From: Chrysomallon squamiferum | Lineage: Eukaryota > Animalia > Mollusca | NCBI GenBank assembly: GCA_012295275.1 | Contig: CM022677.1 | Span: 20,708,001-20,772,000, forward strand | Direction: 5' to 3' | DNA: 64,000 nucleotides | Shown: piece by piece, positions 1-14,159 of the stretch | Position numbering within the stretch: position 1 is the stretch's first letter | Layout: each line of letters starts with the position of its first letter | The notes under the pieces: generated by a model | The model's input: only the letters and a program-made list of their open reading frames with translations | Database searches by the model: none | Told to the model about the DNA's origin: nothing | Made by a program: the position numbers and the translations under genes

Positions 1-17
1 ATTTGAAACAAACGTAC

Positions 18-209
18 TAATACAAGCTATTCCAGAGAAACACTCTCTAGTGACAACGTCTTTCTCGGAACCTTCGCACAATTTGCCGCCATATCTTGGA
101 GTCGGATTTGCGCACTTTCTGTATCTGACATTCATACGATAACCCGTCCCGCACGTTGCAGAGCAGTCGTAGTCTGCAAACTTAACCCATGGTGACCATC
201 GTCCATCCA
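18..209 (-). CDS. A1 TSP1 exon (DGRWSPW...CSATCGTGYR...CANPTPRYGGKLC)
   Basis: 192 nt; acceptor tttctag, donor gtacgt; paralog at 13968-14159. Confidence 0.92.
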
Positions 210-907
210 CTAGAAATTAGTGATGATGATATATAGTTATAACAATACAACATGTAACATACACATCTAACATACAGAGTACTTATCTATATATATTAGT
301 ATTTTTGTTGTTCTAGTAGTAGTAGTAGTTGTTGTTGTTCTTATTTCTTCTTTTTTTTCTTTTTGTTACTTAATTAACTGTTGGTTTGCTGGTGAATTAG
401 TTAATTACGATTAACCACCTAATTAACTGCACTTGAAACGCTTATATATGATTTAAAGTTTAACTTCTGCCTTTATAATTTATTACAGATGACTCAAACC
501 AAATAAAATAATAATGGGTAAACTTGTTTTAATTTTTATGCAATTCATTCGTACAAATCAGCCGATGTAAAATGTCTTACCAGGTTTGGAAACATTGCCT
601 ACTATATCTCCTTCATTTGTTGTTATTGATGAAAAAAAAAAAAAAAAAAAAAAAAAAAATAAATAAATAAATAAAGTAAATTAAAATGAATTAAAATAAA
701 TAAGCAAATAAATTATAATAAACCTAATGATGATGACGATTATGATGTTGATATGTTAATTATGTTATTGCTGATGTTGTTATTAATAAAAAAAAACATG
801 ATTCAGAATGACATATGGTTAAGTAGATACGGTGAGAAGCACATATCCTCAGTCAGATAATATTCATATACTGGCAAATAGACAAAAAGAAAGGCAGAGA
901 AATAGAC

Positions 908-968
<61 letters not shown>

Positions 969-2787
969 GAGATACACATACAGACGGTCAGACAGACAGA
1001 CAGGTAGCTACATTATACGAAAAGAGAGGTAGATAGAGGGACAGACAGCTAAAAGAACAGATGCGATCATTACTTTGTCTAGGTCGAAGACAATATTTTG
1101 TATAACTTTTCTTCAGTGAAGTATCATATACATCTACATTCGTATTGTACAGAAGTATATTTAAACATATATATATATATATATATATGCGGACTTCAAA
1201 TATACCATAGGAAAAAGGTTACGGGTCGACGACGTGCATCTGGTATTTGACAGATACTATGACTACATATATATGTTTAAATACACTTCTATACAATACG
1301 AGTAAGAAAAGTGAAGACACTGAACACTTACCAGGACAGTGCACGCCCCTGTCACACGACATCAAAGTATGTTTAATTCTGGGACCACGACAACGTCGTT
1401 GTGCGTCACTCCCTGGACATTGTCGAGCCAGAGTTACAGTTTTCACACCAACTGAACAAGTAACACCACACGGTGATGAGGAACTTTCAACCCATGCGCC
1501 CCATTCAGGATCACCTAGATCATCATTATTGTTATAAATATGTTTGAACGACTTAATTTATTATCTTACTTATTGACTTTGTTAGTTAATTAAATCATTA
1601 TTTAGACAGTAAGCTTTTTAATTGTAATTAATCACGTAAAAATATTGTTATTATTACGTAATATATTACTACAGAGGGTCTGATTTCAGATTATGGATAG
1701 AAAAATACCTATGCTGACATGAAAACAATGAAATATATTTTCTAACATTAAAACGAAGGCATCGTACCAGGGCATGCGCCTTCAGTACAGGGCTCTATCG
1801 CATGTCTCGTTTTACGACCAACGCAGTCTTTTCCTCCGTGTTGTGGTCGAGGGTTCGTACATGTTCGAAAGTTGTCGTGTTCTGTTTTACCATAACCACA
1901 AGTTACAGAGCAGTCTGTACTGTTCGTAATAAGCCATCCACTCCATCCACCATTCACTACATATAAATATATATATAGATATGAAACAGAAAAAAAAGAC
2001 GTAGATGCTCATTTATTCCCACTTTTAAAATTTCGTTTTCTCTTGTTTTTTTTTTGCTTCCACTTAAATGAAGAACATTTTAAAACTATGCAAAAGGATA
2101 CCAGCATTAACACATTTCTTTCGCTAAAAATAACAAAATAATTATACAATGATCATAATTTTTGGTTATTACTTTGTTCATTTCTTCGGTTATTTCTGCA
2201 ATCCCCAACAATCTGTTTTGTGTTACCTTTCAGGGTCTTCTTAACATTGGCACCAGTGAGACAGATTATTTTCTTATCTAAATTTCTTACTTTCGTCCCG
2301 TTTAACCGCACATTAGAGCACATTTTAGTATCGTGTATTTTATTTTTTATATCCGATTAAATTAATGAGTGAATAATGTGATGAATGAATAAAAGGATTA
2401 AATTATTAAAAGTTAATCGTCTTCTGAATTATAATTTCAGCAACAGTTTGAATATGCTGGTTTCTGTTAACAGTGTACAAACATTTCATTTTAACTGATT
2501 TTAATATGACACACGTATTTATTTCATGTAAATGTTACCTCTGTTGGTTGCAGGGGATCTTGAAGTACCTGCATAAATAATTAAATAAATAAATAAACAA
2601 ACAAATACAAAACAAACAAACAAACAAACAAATTAACTGAAATCTTTGACTTTTGTCTGATATACCTCATATCGTTACTTAATTATCTGTTAGTTTGTTT
2701 GTTTGTTTCTTTCTTTCATTATTTATTTACTTACATACTTCCTTATTTATTTATTCATTTATTATTAAAATATTATTTCTTCTTCTT

Positions 2788-2818
<31 letters not shown>

Positions 2819-3149
2819 ATATTATTATTATTACTATGTTCATTATTAGTTTCTATTGATATTCACCGTTATATGGTCGTTTTTTTAATTTGTTTTATTT
2901 TATTTTATTTATATTTTAATTTTAATTTTAATTTAATTAATTTATTTCGTTTTATTTTATTCTTATCTATGTATTATAAAATTCTTTATTTTTATTCCAC
3001 TTAGTAAATAGCTACGATACTCTATTAACTAAATATGTTAACATCAAAGTGCAAATTAGTAATGCTGGAAATCGCTGGTTCTTCATTCGTGATTAATTAA
3101 AAAAAAGTCGATTAACTTAAGTATCAAACATAATAATAATAATTAAATA

Positions 3150-3184
<35 letters not shown>

Positions 3185-4719
3185 TAATAATAATATACAC
3201 ATATACATAGATAGATATAGATATATGTAGATATAAAGATGCATAAACAAAGAATGAAACAAGGAAACAAAAGAAAACAAACAACAGAAACAGCATCAAC
3301 ACAAAAACAAACACATAAACAAGGAAGCAGCCAAAGATAAATATAAAACAAAAATATTAATTAAAAAACAAATGGTGATAATTATGTCAAAGTAAAAAAG
3401 TCCATAACATATAAAATATTATTTAGGTCAATTTGCTCTTAAATGAAGAAACTAAGACAAACAAAACTGAAAAGAAAACAATTGTGAGTGATAGAAATAG
3501 TGAGAAACTAAAGTTCTAAGTGATTTTTTTCTTTCTTTATTATTTATTTATTTATTCGTAAGTTAGATATAAATTATTCAACTTAGTTAAAAAGCTGTGA
3601 TACTCTATTTATTAGATTTTTTAATATCAAAGTGTAAACTGTACATACCAGGAGTAGTAGTATGGGAAGTTGTTGGTTCTTCATTTGTTTAGTTGTTGAA
3701 TTTATGAATAAAAAAATTAAAAAAAGAGATGAAAAGTTTTTAGTATTAGTATCAAACATAATAATAATAATAATAATAATACTAACACAAAAACTCATTT
3801 GGATATATAGCGTTAGAGATATAAATAGCAACACAAAAACAAACACATAAACAAGCAAGCAGCTAAAGATAAATATGTATAGATATAGATATATATAAAA
3901 CACATTAATTAACAACAAAAAAAATGGTGATAATTATGTCAGAGTAAGAAAGTCCATGACTTATTTACCACTACAAATATTATTTAGGTTAATTTACTTC
4001 TACAAACAAAACCGGAAATAAGACAATTTTGAGTTGTAGAAATACTGAGAGTCCTAAGTTCTAAGCCGCTAAAAATCATCAAATATTACAAAAAGCAAGA
4101 AAGGCAAACAGATTTAAAGTGATTTTAATTTTATCTTTTAAATTCTATTCATATGTTCTATATAGTGAGGTACATTTCAGTTTTACTGTTCTGGTTCTAG
4201 GGATTAATTTTCATATTCCTTCTTCAGAACAGGAGGTTGTGTGTTCTTCATTTAATTGTTTTGATGTTAATTATCAGTGAAACAAAACAACAACAAATTG
4301 ATCAATATCAAATGTAATAATAATAATACTAATAATACTAATAATAATACTACTACTAATAATAATTATACTAATACTAATAAGAATAAGAATAAGAAGA
4401 ATAAGAATAATAACAACAACAACAATAGAAATAATAATAAAAATATAATGAATACATAAATAACACAAGATATTATTATTATTTTTATTTTTATTTTTTT
4501 TCTTCCTTATTTGCTTATTTATTAGTTTATTATAAAATTATCATTCATTATTGTTATTGTTATTATTGTTGTTGTTATTGCTGTTGTTGTTGTGGTTTCT
4601 GTGTTTTTTATTTAATCTTTAAATCAAGACCAGCAGACTGCAAAACACAGATTAAGAAAAACAGCTATAACATAAAACAGAATTAACTTAGAGAAAACTA
4701 TTAAATTAACGTTATATCA

Positions 4720-4797
<78 letters not shown>

Positions 4798-4906
4798 TAT
4801 TATTATTATTATATTTTGTAAAAGTTGACTTTGGATGGTGTGGATGGCTACACTAATAATACAAAGAATAATACAATAATAATAATAACAATAATAATAA
4901 TAATAA

Positions 4907-4937
<31 letters not shown>

Positions 4938-5249
4938 AACGTAACACTACAGGTTAACTAGACAAAATTATAATTTATAGCAATAGTTGAGAAAACTGCA
5001 GTTTTAAATGAAAATTCAGTACTTTCAGTTTTTAGTCACGAATGAACAGTTGAGTTACCCTTGTAACAAGACTCCCAACATCTCATATATCTGGTTTCTC
5101 TTTGTAAGCCCAAACATGTTCTATTTTTCAGACATCTGCGTGTATACCTTACTGTCTGAAAACACTTACTGTCACAAGCACCAAATTCGGATCGTTGCCA
5201 TAACGACCAAACTCCAGTAGCTAGGAAAGAAAAAAAGAAAGACAAAATC

Positions 5250-5295
<46 letters not shown>

Positions 5296-7148
5296 TGATA
5301 TTTGTTATTACTGTATTTAGATTTGCATAGTGATTAATACTGACGTCAGTGTATGCTAAATACTACAGATATCAGATATAAATTCGGACACATGGATGCA
5401 TGGATGGATCGATGGTTGAACAGAGATACATAATATTCGTAACTGTCATGTTAATTGTGATTATGTTTATGTTAATTGTGTTTATGATTCAGCTGATGAA
5501 GATACAAATGAAAATAAAGTATAATAATGGTAGTAGCAATTGTTGCAGAAGCGTCAGACGTAGTAATAGCAGTGGTAGTAACAGTAGTAGTAATAGTAAT
5601 AGCAGTAGCAGGAGTTGTTCTAGCAGTACTTGTTGCAATACTAACAGTAGTAGCACTAGTATAAGTTGTTGTTGTAACTAACAAATTCTCAACAATTACG
5701 GACTACTCACTATCACACTTATATTTATTTTGTAGATATGATTTCGACCGTTCTTCCATAAGAAAAACTTTCTTTAGCCCATCCATGCAATATCCATACA
5801 GAACTTCTGAAGGTAAATCAAGCATTATTTTATACAGACTACAGTTGCAAACAAGGTCTGTGCCCATCACATTAATGTCACGAAATTTGTCTCTTTCATA
5901 CTGAAGAACGAAGTCCACATCTAGCAGTTTAGTATTCTTAAGCCCAATAGAAAGATGAAAACCAAATTTTTTGAATGAGTTCCCATCAATTATAGTCAGT
6001 GGATTTTCAGACAATTCCAGATCTGTTATGGGATATCCTCGAAAAGAGTTTGCTAATACAGTTTTCATTTTGTTGTTTTCCAAGTTAATTTTTCGAAGAT
6101 TTGGTACGTTTTCTAAAATCTGTGTCGGGATTACAACTAAATGTCTCCTATTTAGTGATAATGTTTTCAAACAGTTTCCTTGTGCACTGAAAACTGTTGG
6201 TGACAATGGAAAGTTTGTTCCACTAACATCAAGTTCCTCGAGACACATTTCTCCTTCAAGAGACTTTCTGGCAAAAGACGTAAGCGGATTGTCTACAAGA
6301 TCGAGTTTTTTTAGTTTAGTGAAATCACGAATACAAGCTGGTACATCATCCAGTGTGCAGTTTCGCAACACAAGCATTTTCAAGACCATCCTCAATTCGC
6401 TCAAACAGTTTGGTTGAAAAGTTAAATGTTGATTGTCACTTAGTATCAACGTCTCTAATTTCCCAAGTCCTCTCAAGTCTTCGTTTCGAACTATCTTGAT
6501 GCTGTTGTTTCCCAGGTTCACATAAGTAAGACCTGCAGTATAATCCAAAGCTGAACTCACACTTTGAAGCTTATTAGAGTTCAGATTTATAATTCGAAGT
6601 GACTCTAAGTCGTAGAAAGTATGTTCTTGTATGTGTGTCAGGTTGCAGTCCTCTAGCTGTATGTCGGTCAGAGAGACGAGATTTAGGTCAGTGAAACAGG
6701 CTTGGTGCAGAACCCCGTCCGCTTGCTGGTTCCCGCTCAGTATAAGCTTATTCAGCTTTGTAAGTCCTTTTAAGAAAGTCATCTTGTTTCCAAAAGATAT
6801 TCCAGCATTTTCAAGACTCAGGTATACTAATGAATGTGCTAATCTAATCAAAGCCTCATTTCCTAAAGACGGGCTACTTTTTGACTTGATTCGAAGAATA
6901 TTTATTGTTGAATTGAATGGGAAATCTGATTTTGATAAAGTCCTAGAAGGATGGAGGTGTATATCAAGTAGAATAGCCAGTCTCTGTTGTGTCAGAATGA
7001 ACAGATTAGGAAAGAAATTTGGTAATTCTGGACAAACGACTTCATAAATAAAAGAAGAACTGTAACAACGACATTGTGAAGGACACTGAGCACGTACTCG
7101 GAGAACGATGAAGTGTGTGTATATTAATATCAAAATTATTATTTCCAT
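18..7148 (-). CDS. Gene A1: LRR-TSP1 cell-surface protein, multi-exon, 3' end outside the window
   Basis: Hand-spliced GT-AG exons, all phase 1: LRR 7148-5711; TSP1 5220-5059; micro-exons 3678-3649 (EPTTSHTTTP) and 2568-2539 (GTSRSPATNR); TSP1 1956-1768 and 1514-1332; micro-exon 598-581 (GNVSKP); TSP1 209-18. No stop codons in the joined frame. Collinear with A2 (offset 13950 at the 3' exons). Confidence 0.85.
1332..1514 (-). CDS. A1 TSP1 exon (DPEWGAW...CGVTCSVGVKTVTLARQC)
   Basis: 183 nt; acceptor gatctag, donor gtaagt; homologous to B exon 36490-36672 (also 183 nt). Confidence 0.9.
1768..1956 (-). CDS. A1 TSP1 exon (NGGWSGW...CSVTCGYG...RTCTNPRPQHGGKDC)
   Basis: 189 nt, canonical TSP1 motifs, AG/GT borders. 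Confidence 0.92.
5059..5220 (-). CDS. A1 TSP1-like exon 1 (TGVWSLWQRSEFGACDSKCFQTVRYTRRC...)
   Basis: 162 nt; acceptor ttcctag, donor gtaact; WSxW plus Cys/Arg pattern. Confidence 0.85.
5711..7148 (-). CDS. A1 first coding exon: signal peptide + LRRNT + ~13-14 LRRs + LRRCT
   Basis: ORF 5703-7166. ATG at 7148 gives MEIIILILIYTHFIVLRVRA-QCPSQCRC, followed by repeated LxxLxLxxNxL motifs and an LVCNC...YGYC...KC cap. Acceptor ttatctag just upstream (exon starts 7196). GTGAGT donor after 5711, phase 1. Confidence 0.93.
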
Positions 7149-7204
7149 TCTGTTCTTAAAATTCAATTTAATCCGAATTCACACTGTTTTGAGCACCTAG
7201 ATAA

Positions 7205-7269
<65 letters not shown>

Positions 7270-7283
7270 GAGAGAGAGAGAGG

Positions 7284-7343
<60 letters not shown>

Positions 7344-7439
7344 AAATTCACGTCGAGTATAAAAAAAAAAATAATAAATCCATTATGTTCTTAAAAAAAC
7401 AACAAAAATAATCCAAATTCACGTTGTAAACCGGCTGGA

Positions 7440-7830
7440 AAAAAAAAACAAAAATAAATAGATAAATAATTAAAAAAAAAAAAAATAAAAACAAAAATAA
7501 ATAGATAAATAATAAAAAAGAATGAAATAAAAAAAAACAAATCAATAGATAAATAATAAAAAAGAAATGAAATAAAAACAACAAATAAATAGATAAATAA
7601 TAAAAAAAGAATGAAATAAAAACAACAAATAAATAGATAAATAATAAAAAAGAATGAAATAAAAACAACAAATAAATAGATAAATAATAAAAAAGAATGA
7701 AATAAAAACAACAAATAAATAGATAAAAAAAATGAAATAAACACAACAAATAAATAGATCAATAATAAAAAAGAATGAAATAAAAACAACAAATAATTGA
7801 AAAAAAAAAAAGAAATAAAAAACAACAAAT
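7440..7830. repeat. ~41-bp A-rich minisatellite (~9 units, consensus near AAATAAATAGATAAATAATAAAAAAGAATGAAATAAAAACAAC)
   Basis: Tandem units are directly visible; absent at the equivalent position upstream of A2. Confidence 0.85.
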
Positions 7831-8347
7831 GATGAAAAAAAATATTGGAATCAGAGACAGACAGAGAGAGAGAGAGAGAGATCAACATTTAGATAATCGT
7901 CTGAAAATGTTAAATTGCTCTATGCCAATCAGATGCATTTTTGTGTGCACAGATACGCCAGATATTTATTACACATAAATCGTTGAATCAAACAGAAGTG
8001 ATCGTGTTGTTTCAACATTAATGAACGAAGTGTGATTGTATGCTACGTGGAAAAGCTGAATGGGTCTAATAAAATTAAAATGTTCATAGCTAAAAGTCAT
8101 TAAAATATTATTAGAAATATTTCTTTCCCCTTACATTAATACTTATCTGTCATTTTCGTGTACAAACGTATTCCGGACCTTGTTCAATGTTTCTAGAGTA
8201 GCCGTTCCTTCCTACTAAGTTAGATTAAATCATCAACGAAACAAAAACAAAACAAAAAAACAAAACAAAAATATATATATAAAAATAAATTAAAAAATAA
8301 AATAAAATAAATAATATAAAAAGACAAACAACGAAAAGAAAATTTAC

Positions 8348-8362
8348 CTAATGTCGAGTGTT
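8348..8362 (-). other. Putative 15-nt 5'-UTR micro-exon of gene A
   Basis: ttttcttttaacag|AACACTCGACATTAG|gtaaat; conserved at ~24937-24951 (A2) and ~52379-52393 (A remnant). Confidence 0.45.
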
Positions 8363-8367
8363 CTGTT

Positions 8368-8401
<34 letters not shown>

Positions 8402-8623
8402 GAAAAAAAAAGAAAAAGGAAAGAAAAGTTTATGAAAGTAAATTTGAAATTTAAAATTGTCATTATTAACGTATTATTACTTTACTAAGCCAAATCTGCT
8501 GCGCGTTGTTGTTATTTTTCTTTCTTTTTCTTACGTAATTTGTAATATACGTCAGCTGCTATTACAGAGGCCTGGTATGGGCTTCACATATTTATTAGAG
8601 TTTGAAAAAAAAAAAAAAAATAA

Positions 8624-8706
<83 letters not shown>

Positions 8707-8764
8707 ATATGCTTACCATTGTTGTTTATTTGATTGTTTATAAATTTACGTATTTAGTTAGGTA

Positions 8765-10203
8765 AATTTAGAAGAAAAAAAATGCAGAAAACAACAACAA
8801 GTAGAAACCAAAGAAAAACAGTCACAGTGATAATTAAAATATTTGCAGACTAAATGTTATTAACTTGTTAGAACGAATAACAGAACACTTCCAATTTCAG
8901 CAACAGGACTGTGGAGTACGTGGTTAAGAGTTAGTTCTACTCAGTGTGATGTCAGCTGTAAACAAAGAGTGACCTTTCTTCGACAGTGTAAACCAGCAGA
9001 CAGCAGTGACACGCCATCTGTCAGGTGTAAGGGAGATAACAGAATTCGCACGACATTACAGAACTGTACAGGTGATCGATGTCACTCACGAAGGCCGCTT
9101 AAGTCCTGACCGTAATAACAGTACTCACCTTTACGAAAGAATTGCACTTGTTGCTGCTATGAAAGGTAAACTAAAATAAAATAAAGATAACTCAGGATAA
9201 GATAAGATAAGGTATTAGAATAGAATAGAATAGAATAGAATAGAATAGAATAGAACAGAATAGAATAAATAAATAAATGAAAAAAAAAAAAAACACCATT
9301 AGGCTAAATTATGTAAAATGGTAGATAAGCTTTTGTACGTTGTATTGATAATGACGATGATAATGATGACACAACAGAAACAATAATAATAAGAACAAAA
9401 AATAAAAACAAGAAATATAGAACAGTATATTTAAAAATTAACAAATAAAAGACAATTTAAAAAATACTACCGAAAATAATAAAAAAGGAACAACAAAGAA
9501 ACATGCATATATATATATGTGCATTTTCTCTTATTTTATTGATATATAATTTACTTCCTTCTTTTCCTGTTTTACATTTTATTTTTATTGTTTTTTCTTA
9601 GCTATTGGAGGATGGACGAATTGGATTCGTATAGACAACATACGATGCAGCGTCACTTGCGGTTATGGTGCGATCGAAAATGATGAAATTCGATACTGTG
9701 TGACCAATATTCCTGGAAATTGTATTGGAATAGCGAAGAGACACCGCGTGTGGTCATGTACTAATAGTGTGTGTGACGGTAAGATGTCTTGGTTTTAATA
9801 GTACAAGGAATAAAACTCGTTTTGTAGCAGCAATAAAACGCTTTTTGTTAAAATTCTCTTTGGATATGTTATATCAACTCCTTAATTATATAAATAAATA
9901 AACAAACAAATTAATTAATTAATTAACAAGATAACTAATTAATAATTTCTGTATGTATTTATATAAAATCTTCATTATAAATAAATACATAAATTAAATT
10001 ATTAGTTAATTAACGGAATGTGATCCTTATAAGTAAATACATAAATTATTTAAAAATGTATTTACATGTTTTCAGTGAAACATAAATAAACAAATACATC
10101 AAATATATATGCACGTCTTTATATATGTATAAAAACTTTATAAATTAAAAAATAATTAAAAATATCTTTGTATTAAAGCCTGTATGTATATCTATATTTA
10201 TAT

Positions 10204-10240
<37 letters not shown>

Positions 10241-10300
10241 TGTTTAAGTGAGTGTGTGTGTGTATAAGCATATACATGCTATATAGAGACACATATATAC

Positions 10301-10340
<40 letters not shown>
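8765..10340 (+). pseudogene. Remnant of gene B (two TSP1 exons only)
   Basis: 8901-9165 matches B exon 29132-29398 but is 2 nt shorter (frameshift). 9602-9778 matches 29780-29956. The LRR exon and first TSP1 exon are removed by a ~3.6 kb deletion at ~8762 (joining sequence equivalent to 25390 and ~29005). Homology ends before the next exon. Confidence 0.88.
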
Positions 10341-10354
<14 letters not shown>

Positions 10355-10765
10355 GTATTTATATACAAAAAACACGAAACATTACAAAAAACAAACAAAC
10401 AAATAAATAAATAAATAAATACAAAAGAATGAACAAAATTCGATGATTTTGTCTAATACTTTATATCGTTAAAAAACGTTGTACATTTTTCTCTCGCCTA
10501 TTAACTCATAGTGCTGCTGCTGTGTCTTGCTATCTAGAAAGAGCTACGAATCATGTTTTCTCCACGTTGTAATTTTAGAAACTTGTGAAAACTTCGATTT
10601 ATAAGTTACATAACTTTTACCTTCTTTAAGAATAACAACAGGTGTGATAAAACCAAAAGTATTATAATAATAGCAATACTATTACTACTACTACAGCCAC
10701 TACTACTACCACCACCACCACCACCACCACCACCACTACTACTACTACCACTACTATCTTTTTTA

Positions 10766-10829
<64 letters not shown>

Positions 10830-11059
10830 TAAATGTTTCTCCGTAATTAAGCATTCATTCTCTGTTGGTTTCTTGCAAGATAAGGGAAATAACTGCGAGA
10901 TGACTCTTCCAAACTATCGCGAACGAATTATCTCCCTGTATCCAATATAATATATTTTAAATTCTGCATGAATGCCACCCCAACGAACAAATAAAGAAAG
11001 AAAGAAAGAAAGAAAGACAAATAAATAAATAAATAAATAAGAACAACAACAACAACAAC

Positions 11060-11135
<76 letters not shown>

Positions 11136-11704
11136 CGTTTGAATGAATGTGAACAGACATTGTCTGCTAACGGCTGCTTTATTTCAAAACCGAATTTAAT
11201 TTTGAATCAAATGAGTCGTCAGAATGAAAATAATTTTAAATTCCGCTGATTTTACTACATGAAAAATCAAAAAGATAAAGAAAAAGAAATAAAGAAATAG
11301 AGAAGAACCGTCCAAGAATGTGACTTGTATTTTATGGAATAAAGTCAATATTTGTATTCATTCATTCATTCATTCATTCATTCATTCATTCATTCCATTC
11401 CTTCCGTCAGTCAGTCAGTCAGTCAGTCAGTCAGCCACTCATTTTTAATATCAATATTTACAGACAAACAAAATGTCAAATTAATCAACCACATTGATAT
11501 TGTTTCCTGCTATTAAGCAGAAACGTCTATGTAGATATTTTTTCATAATATTTTTATTTTTTCTTCTTCTTTTTTCTTTGAAGAAGAAAAGTCTAGTTTG
11601 ATGTTTCAGTTTTTTTTTTTTTTTTTTTTTTATCTCTATCATTTTCAACTCAAAAACAAAACAAACTACAACAGAAAGAATTACGAACGTTATATTCAAT
11701 CACA

Positions 11705-11950
11705 TTTGATTGATATTGTTAAATAAACATAAAACAAATTCTTAAAACATTGCTAGTATTATTTTCAGCTGTTTTAATGACATTGTTAAATATTGAAATT
11801 ACAAAGAAAGAAAGACTAACGCTATTTCCAACTGAGAAGAGCTTTTTTAAGGACATTATTAAATATTAGAACAGCAAAGAAATAATTGGTAACAGTATTT
11901 CCAAGAAAGATGAACTCTTTAATGACACTGTTAAATAATAAAATTACTAA
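11705..11950. repeat. Degenerate ~73-bp tandem repeat (3-4 units) downstream of the A2 stop codon
   Basis: Recurring TTTAATGACATTGTTAAATA-like core at ~11772, ~11845 and ~11918. Confidence 0.55.
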
Positions 11951-12227
11951 TTATTATTATAACAAATTTTGTTTGATATTTAATAATACAATGGTGTATG
12001 TAAAATTAAAACACTAACGAAAATGATATTCACATAAATGAACTGCATTCATTAAAATCAGAACTAAATTAATTAAATTACAATAGAAATTTCAAATAAA
12101 TTCAATATTTGATGGAAACAAGTGACACGTATTAATAACCGTCAAGTATTAATATTCTGTCTGACTTTAGGTATCTGGCGTAGCAATTGCTCAATTAGAC
12201 AGACAAAATAAATTCTACATGAAACTG

Positions 12228-12330
12228 TTAACCGTTTTCCTCATTATAATGAAAATCTGGATTGCTCAAACCAAACTTGTCTTCTTGCGTTTCGTTTCGT
12301 TTCTTTCCATACGCTTTTAAAATTTTCCTT
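12228..12330 (-). CDS. A2 cytoplasmic-tail exon (RRKILKAYGKKRNETQEDKFGLSNPDFHYNEENG*)
   Basis: ttttcag acceptor, phase 2, basic juxtamembrane residues, motif shared with the B tail. Confidence 0.8.
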
Positions 12331-12786
12331 CTGAAAATGTGATAATCAGAATGTGAACAGTAAAATTATAATTAAAATTAAATTATCTAATCTATTTACA
12401 GTGAAAGTAATTGTTTACTTTTTTCAAGTGTCTAACTGTGAGTGTAAATGTGATGGATGGAAAAAACGAGAGATACAGGTATGTTATACTACATTGATCC
12501 ACTCACAGAAACACATACAACCTCACATGAATATGTATACGTATATGTATATGTATAAGATAGACACACACATATATATGCATAGACACATAGACATACA
12601 CATACACTCACACGTACAGAGCATACATCGAAACATACATACATACATACATCCAGATACACCTGCATATTCACATGTACATTTATACACACGTGAGCAC
12701 GTATGAATGATATACGAACATAGGAATATCTGTATTATCTATCAAATAAAGTTCCTGTTTTCACTTTTTTTGTGCCATTTTTTTAC

Positions 12787-12865
12787 CTGAATATTACAAA
12801 AACTTCTAGTACGGCTAAAAGAAACATCACCAATGCCACGATTGCAAACGTCCCACTTCGCATAC
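12787..12865 (-). CDS. A2 transmembrane exon (GMRSGTFAIVALVMFLLAVLEVFVIFR)
   Basis: cactag acceptor and ag|gtaaaa donor; phase 1 to 2, the same phases as the B TM exon; ~20 hydrophobic residues. Confidence 0.8.
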
Positions 12866-13967
12866 CTAGTGATATAATTATAATATTTGAAAACTTAACC
12901 TATATATGTGCACACATACACACACACAAACACACATACACACATATGTATATACAGATAAATAGATATGTGTGGGTGTGTGTGTGCGTGCTTACATATT
13001 TACATCGAAACATACATATATGCACACACTTGTATCCTAGAATACGTAAAGCTTTTCCTCTAAAAAGAAAAACAAAACAGCCCAGCAAAGGCTAATGTAA
13101 CCTACAGCTGATAAAAAATAAAGGTAAAATCGATGTATATATTTGACTGCATATTTGACTGCATTTGACTGTGTGTGTGTGTGGGTGTGTGGGTGTCTCT
13201 CGCTCTTTGAGTATTAACTTTACCATATGAAGCAGCTTGTTCTTCAGTGGATCTATTTCTCCAATCTGTAATATACAAAGAAACAATTTAGAAAACATCA
13301 TTAGAAAATTACTGTGGCAACGAATACAGCGTCAGAGCAAATCAGTATATATTTGTACATGTTTCTGGATATTGACTGTCTAACCGCCTACCTTTCTATC
13401 TACCCAAGAATAAGTATCTCTCTGTCAAAACAAACCCAGTTTGAATGTATCGACTTCACTTCATAAAATGTATAAAGTTAAGTGTGCCTGGATGTATGGT
13501 GAATGAGCGACAGAATATATCGACTTAACTAAATACAAATGTATTAGTCCGGGAGCAGAGAGGGTTGGCCCTGCATTGCTGTACTAAGATTTTGTTACTG
13601 TTGATTTTGGTAACCAAAGGGTCTCTGTTTCCATAACTCCCTACCTTACCTGTTCATCATAGGGATGTTATTTTGCCTTTCGCTCCCAGACTATATACAT
13701 GTTTCTGTGTTTTGATTGTGAAGTAAAATAGACAATAAAACGTTACTGGGTTACCCATTTTCATCAAAGTTTTCTGTATTAAAGACGCCAAAAAAGTAAA
13801 ATAAATAATCTTCTGACACGACATTGCGAATTTCAGCTTCGAAATCAACTGCTGTCCAAAAACTAATGAAATACAACGACCAGTAACAAATACAAGTGGG
13901 TAATTATCAACGAAAGTAAACAATTCTAATACAACGTAGAGTAATATAAAAATGGAAACAAACGTAC

Positions 13968-14159
13968 TACTACAAGCTATTCCAGAAAAACACTCTCTAG
14001 TGACAACCTCTTTCTCGGAACCTTGGCAAAACTTCCCGCCATATCTTGGAGTCGGATCTGCGCACTTTCTGTGTCTCACATTTATACGATAACCCTTCCC
14101 GCACGTTGCAGAGCAGTCGTAGTCTGCAAACTTAACCCATGGTGACCATCGTCCATCCA
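13968..14159 (-). CDS. A2 TSP1 exon (DGRWSPWVKFADYDCSATCGKGYR...)
   Basis: 192 nt; 5' part of ORF 13657-14160. Confidence 0.9.

Noticed and set aside
2227-2340. Possible extra exon of gene A ending at a good donor (aaag|gtaaca), reading HDTKMCSNVRLNG...
   Set aside because: No usable acceptor in A1, and the A2 counterpart (~16150-16350) has in-frame stops.
2699-5684. Many 60-165 aa ORFs rich in I/L/Y/N/S-L/E-R runs, here and throughout the window
   Set aside because: They are translations of (AAT)n, (AG)n, (AT)n and (AC)n microsatellites in introns, mostly with non-ATG starts.
5971-7047. ORFs antisense to the LRR exons (also 23098-24039, 27514-28464, 54853-55842)
   Set aside because: They are shadows of the real coding strand; their conservation is explained by the LRR exon.
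5703-7166. Calling the LRR ORFs intronless Toll-like receptors or VLR-like genes
   Set aside because: No TM or TIR in the ORF. Each ends at a conserved phase-1 GTGAGT donor leading to TSP1 exons, and no flanking LRR cassette library is seen.
10881-10936. Short imperfect inverted repeat AGGGAAATAAC / ATTATCTCCCT
   Set aside because: Too short to support an RNA or element call; likely a repeat fragment.
13037-13107. Alternative hydrophobic terminal exon of A2 (AVGYISLCWAVLFFFLEEKLYVF*)
   Set aside because: Phase-compatible, but hydrophobicity comes from a T-run and there is no counterpart in B. The 12787-12865 TM exon fits the paralog better. Not excluded without RNA data.
13650-13690. 41-nt candidate exon with a strong cag|gtaagg donor in A2
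   Set aside because: Not a multiple of 3, and it contains a stop in the required phase.
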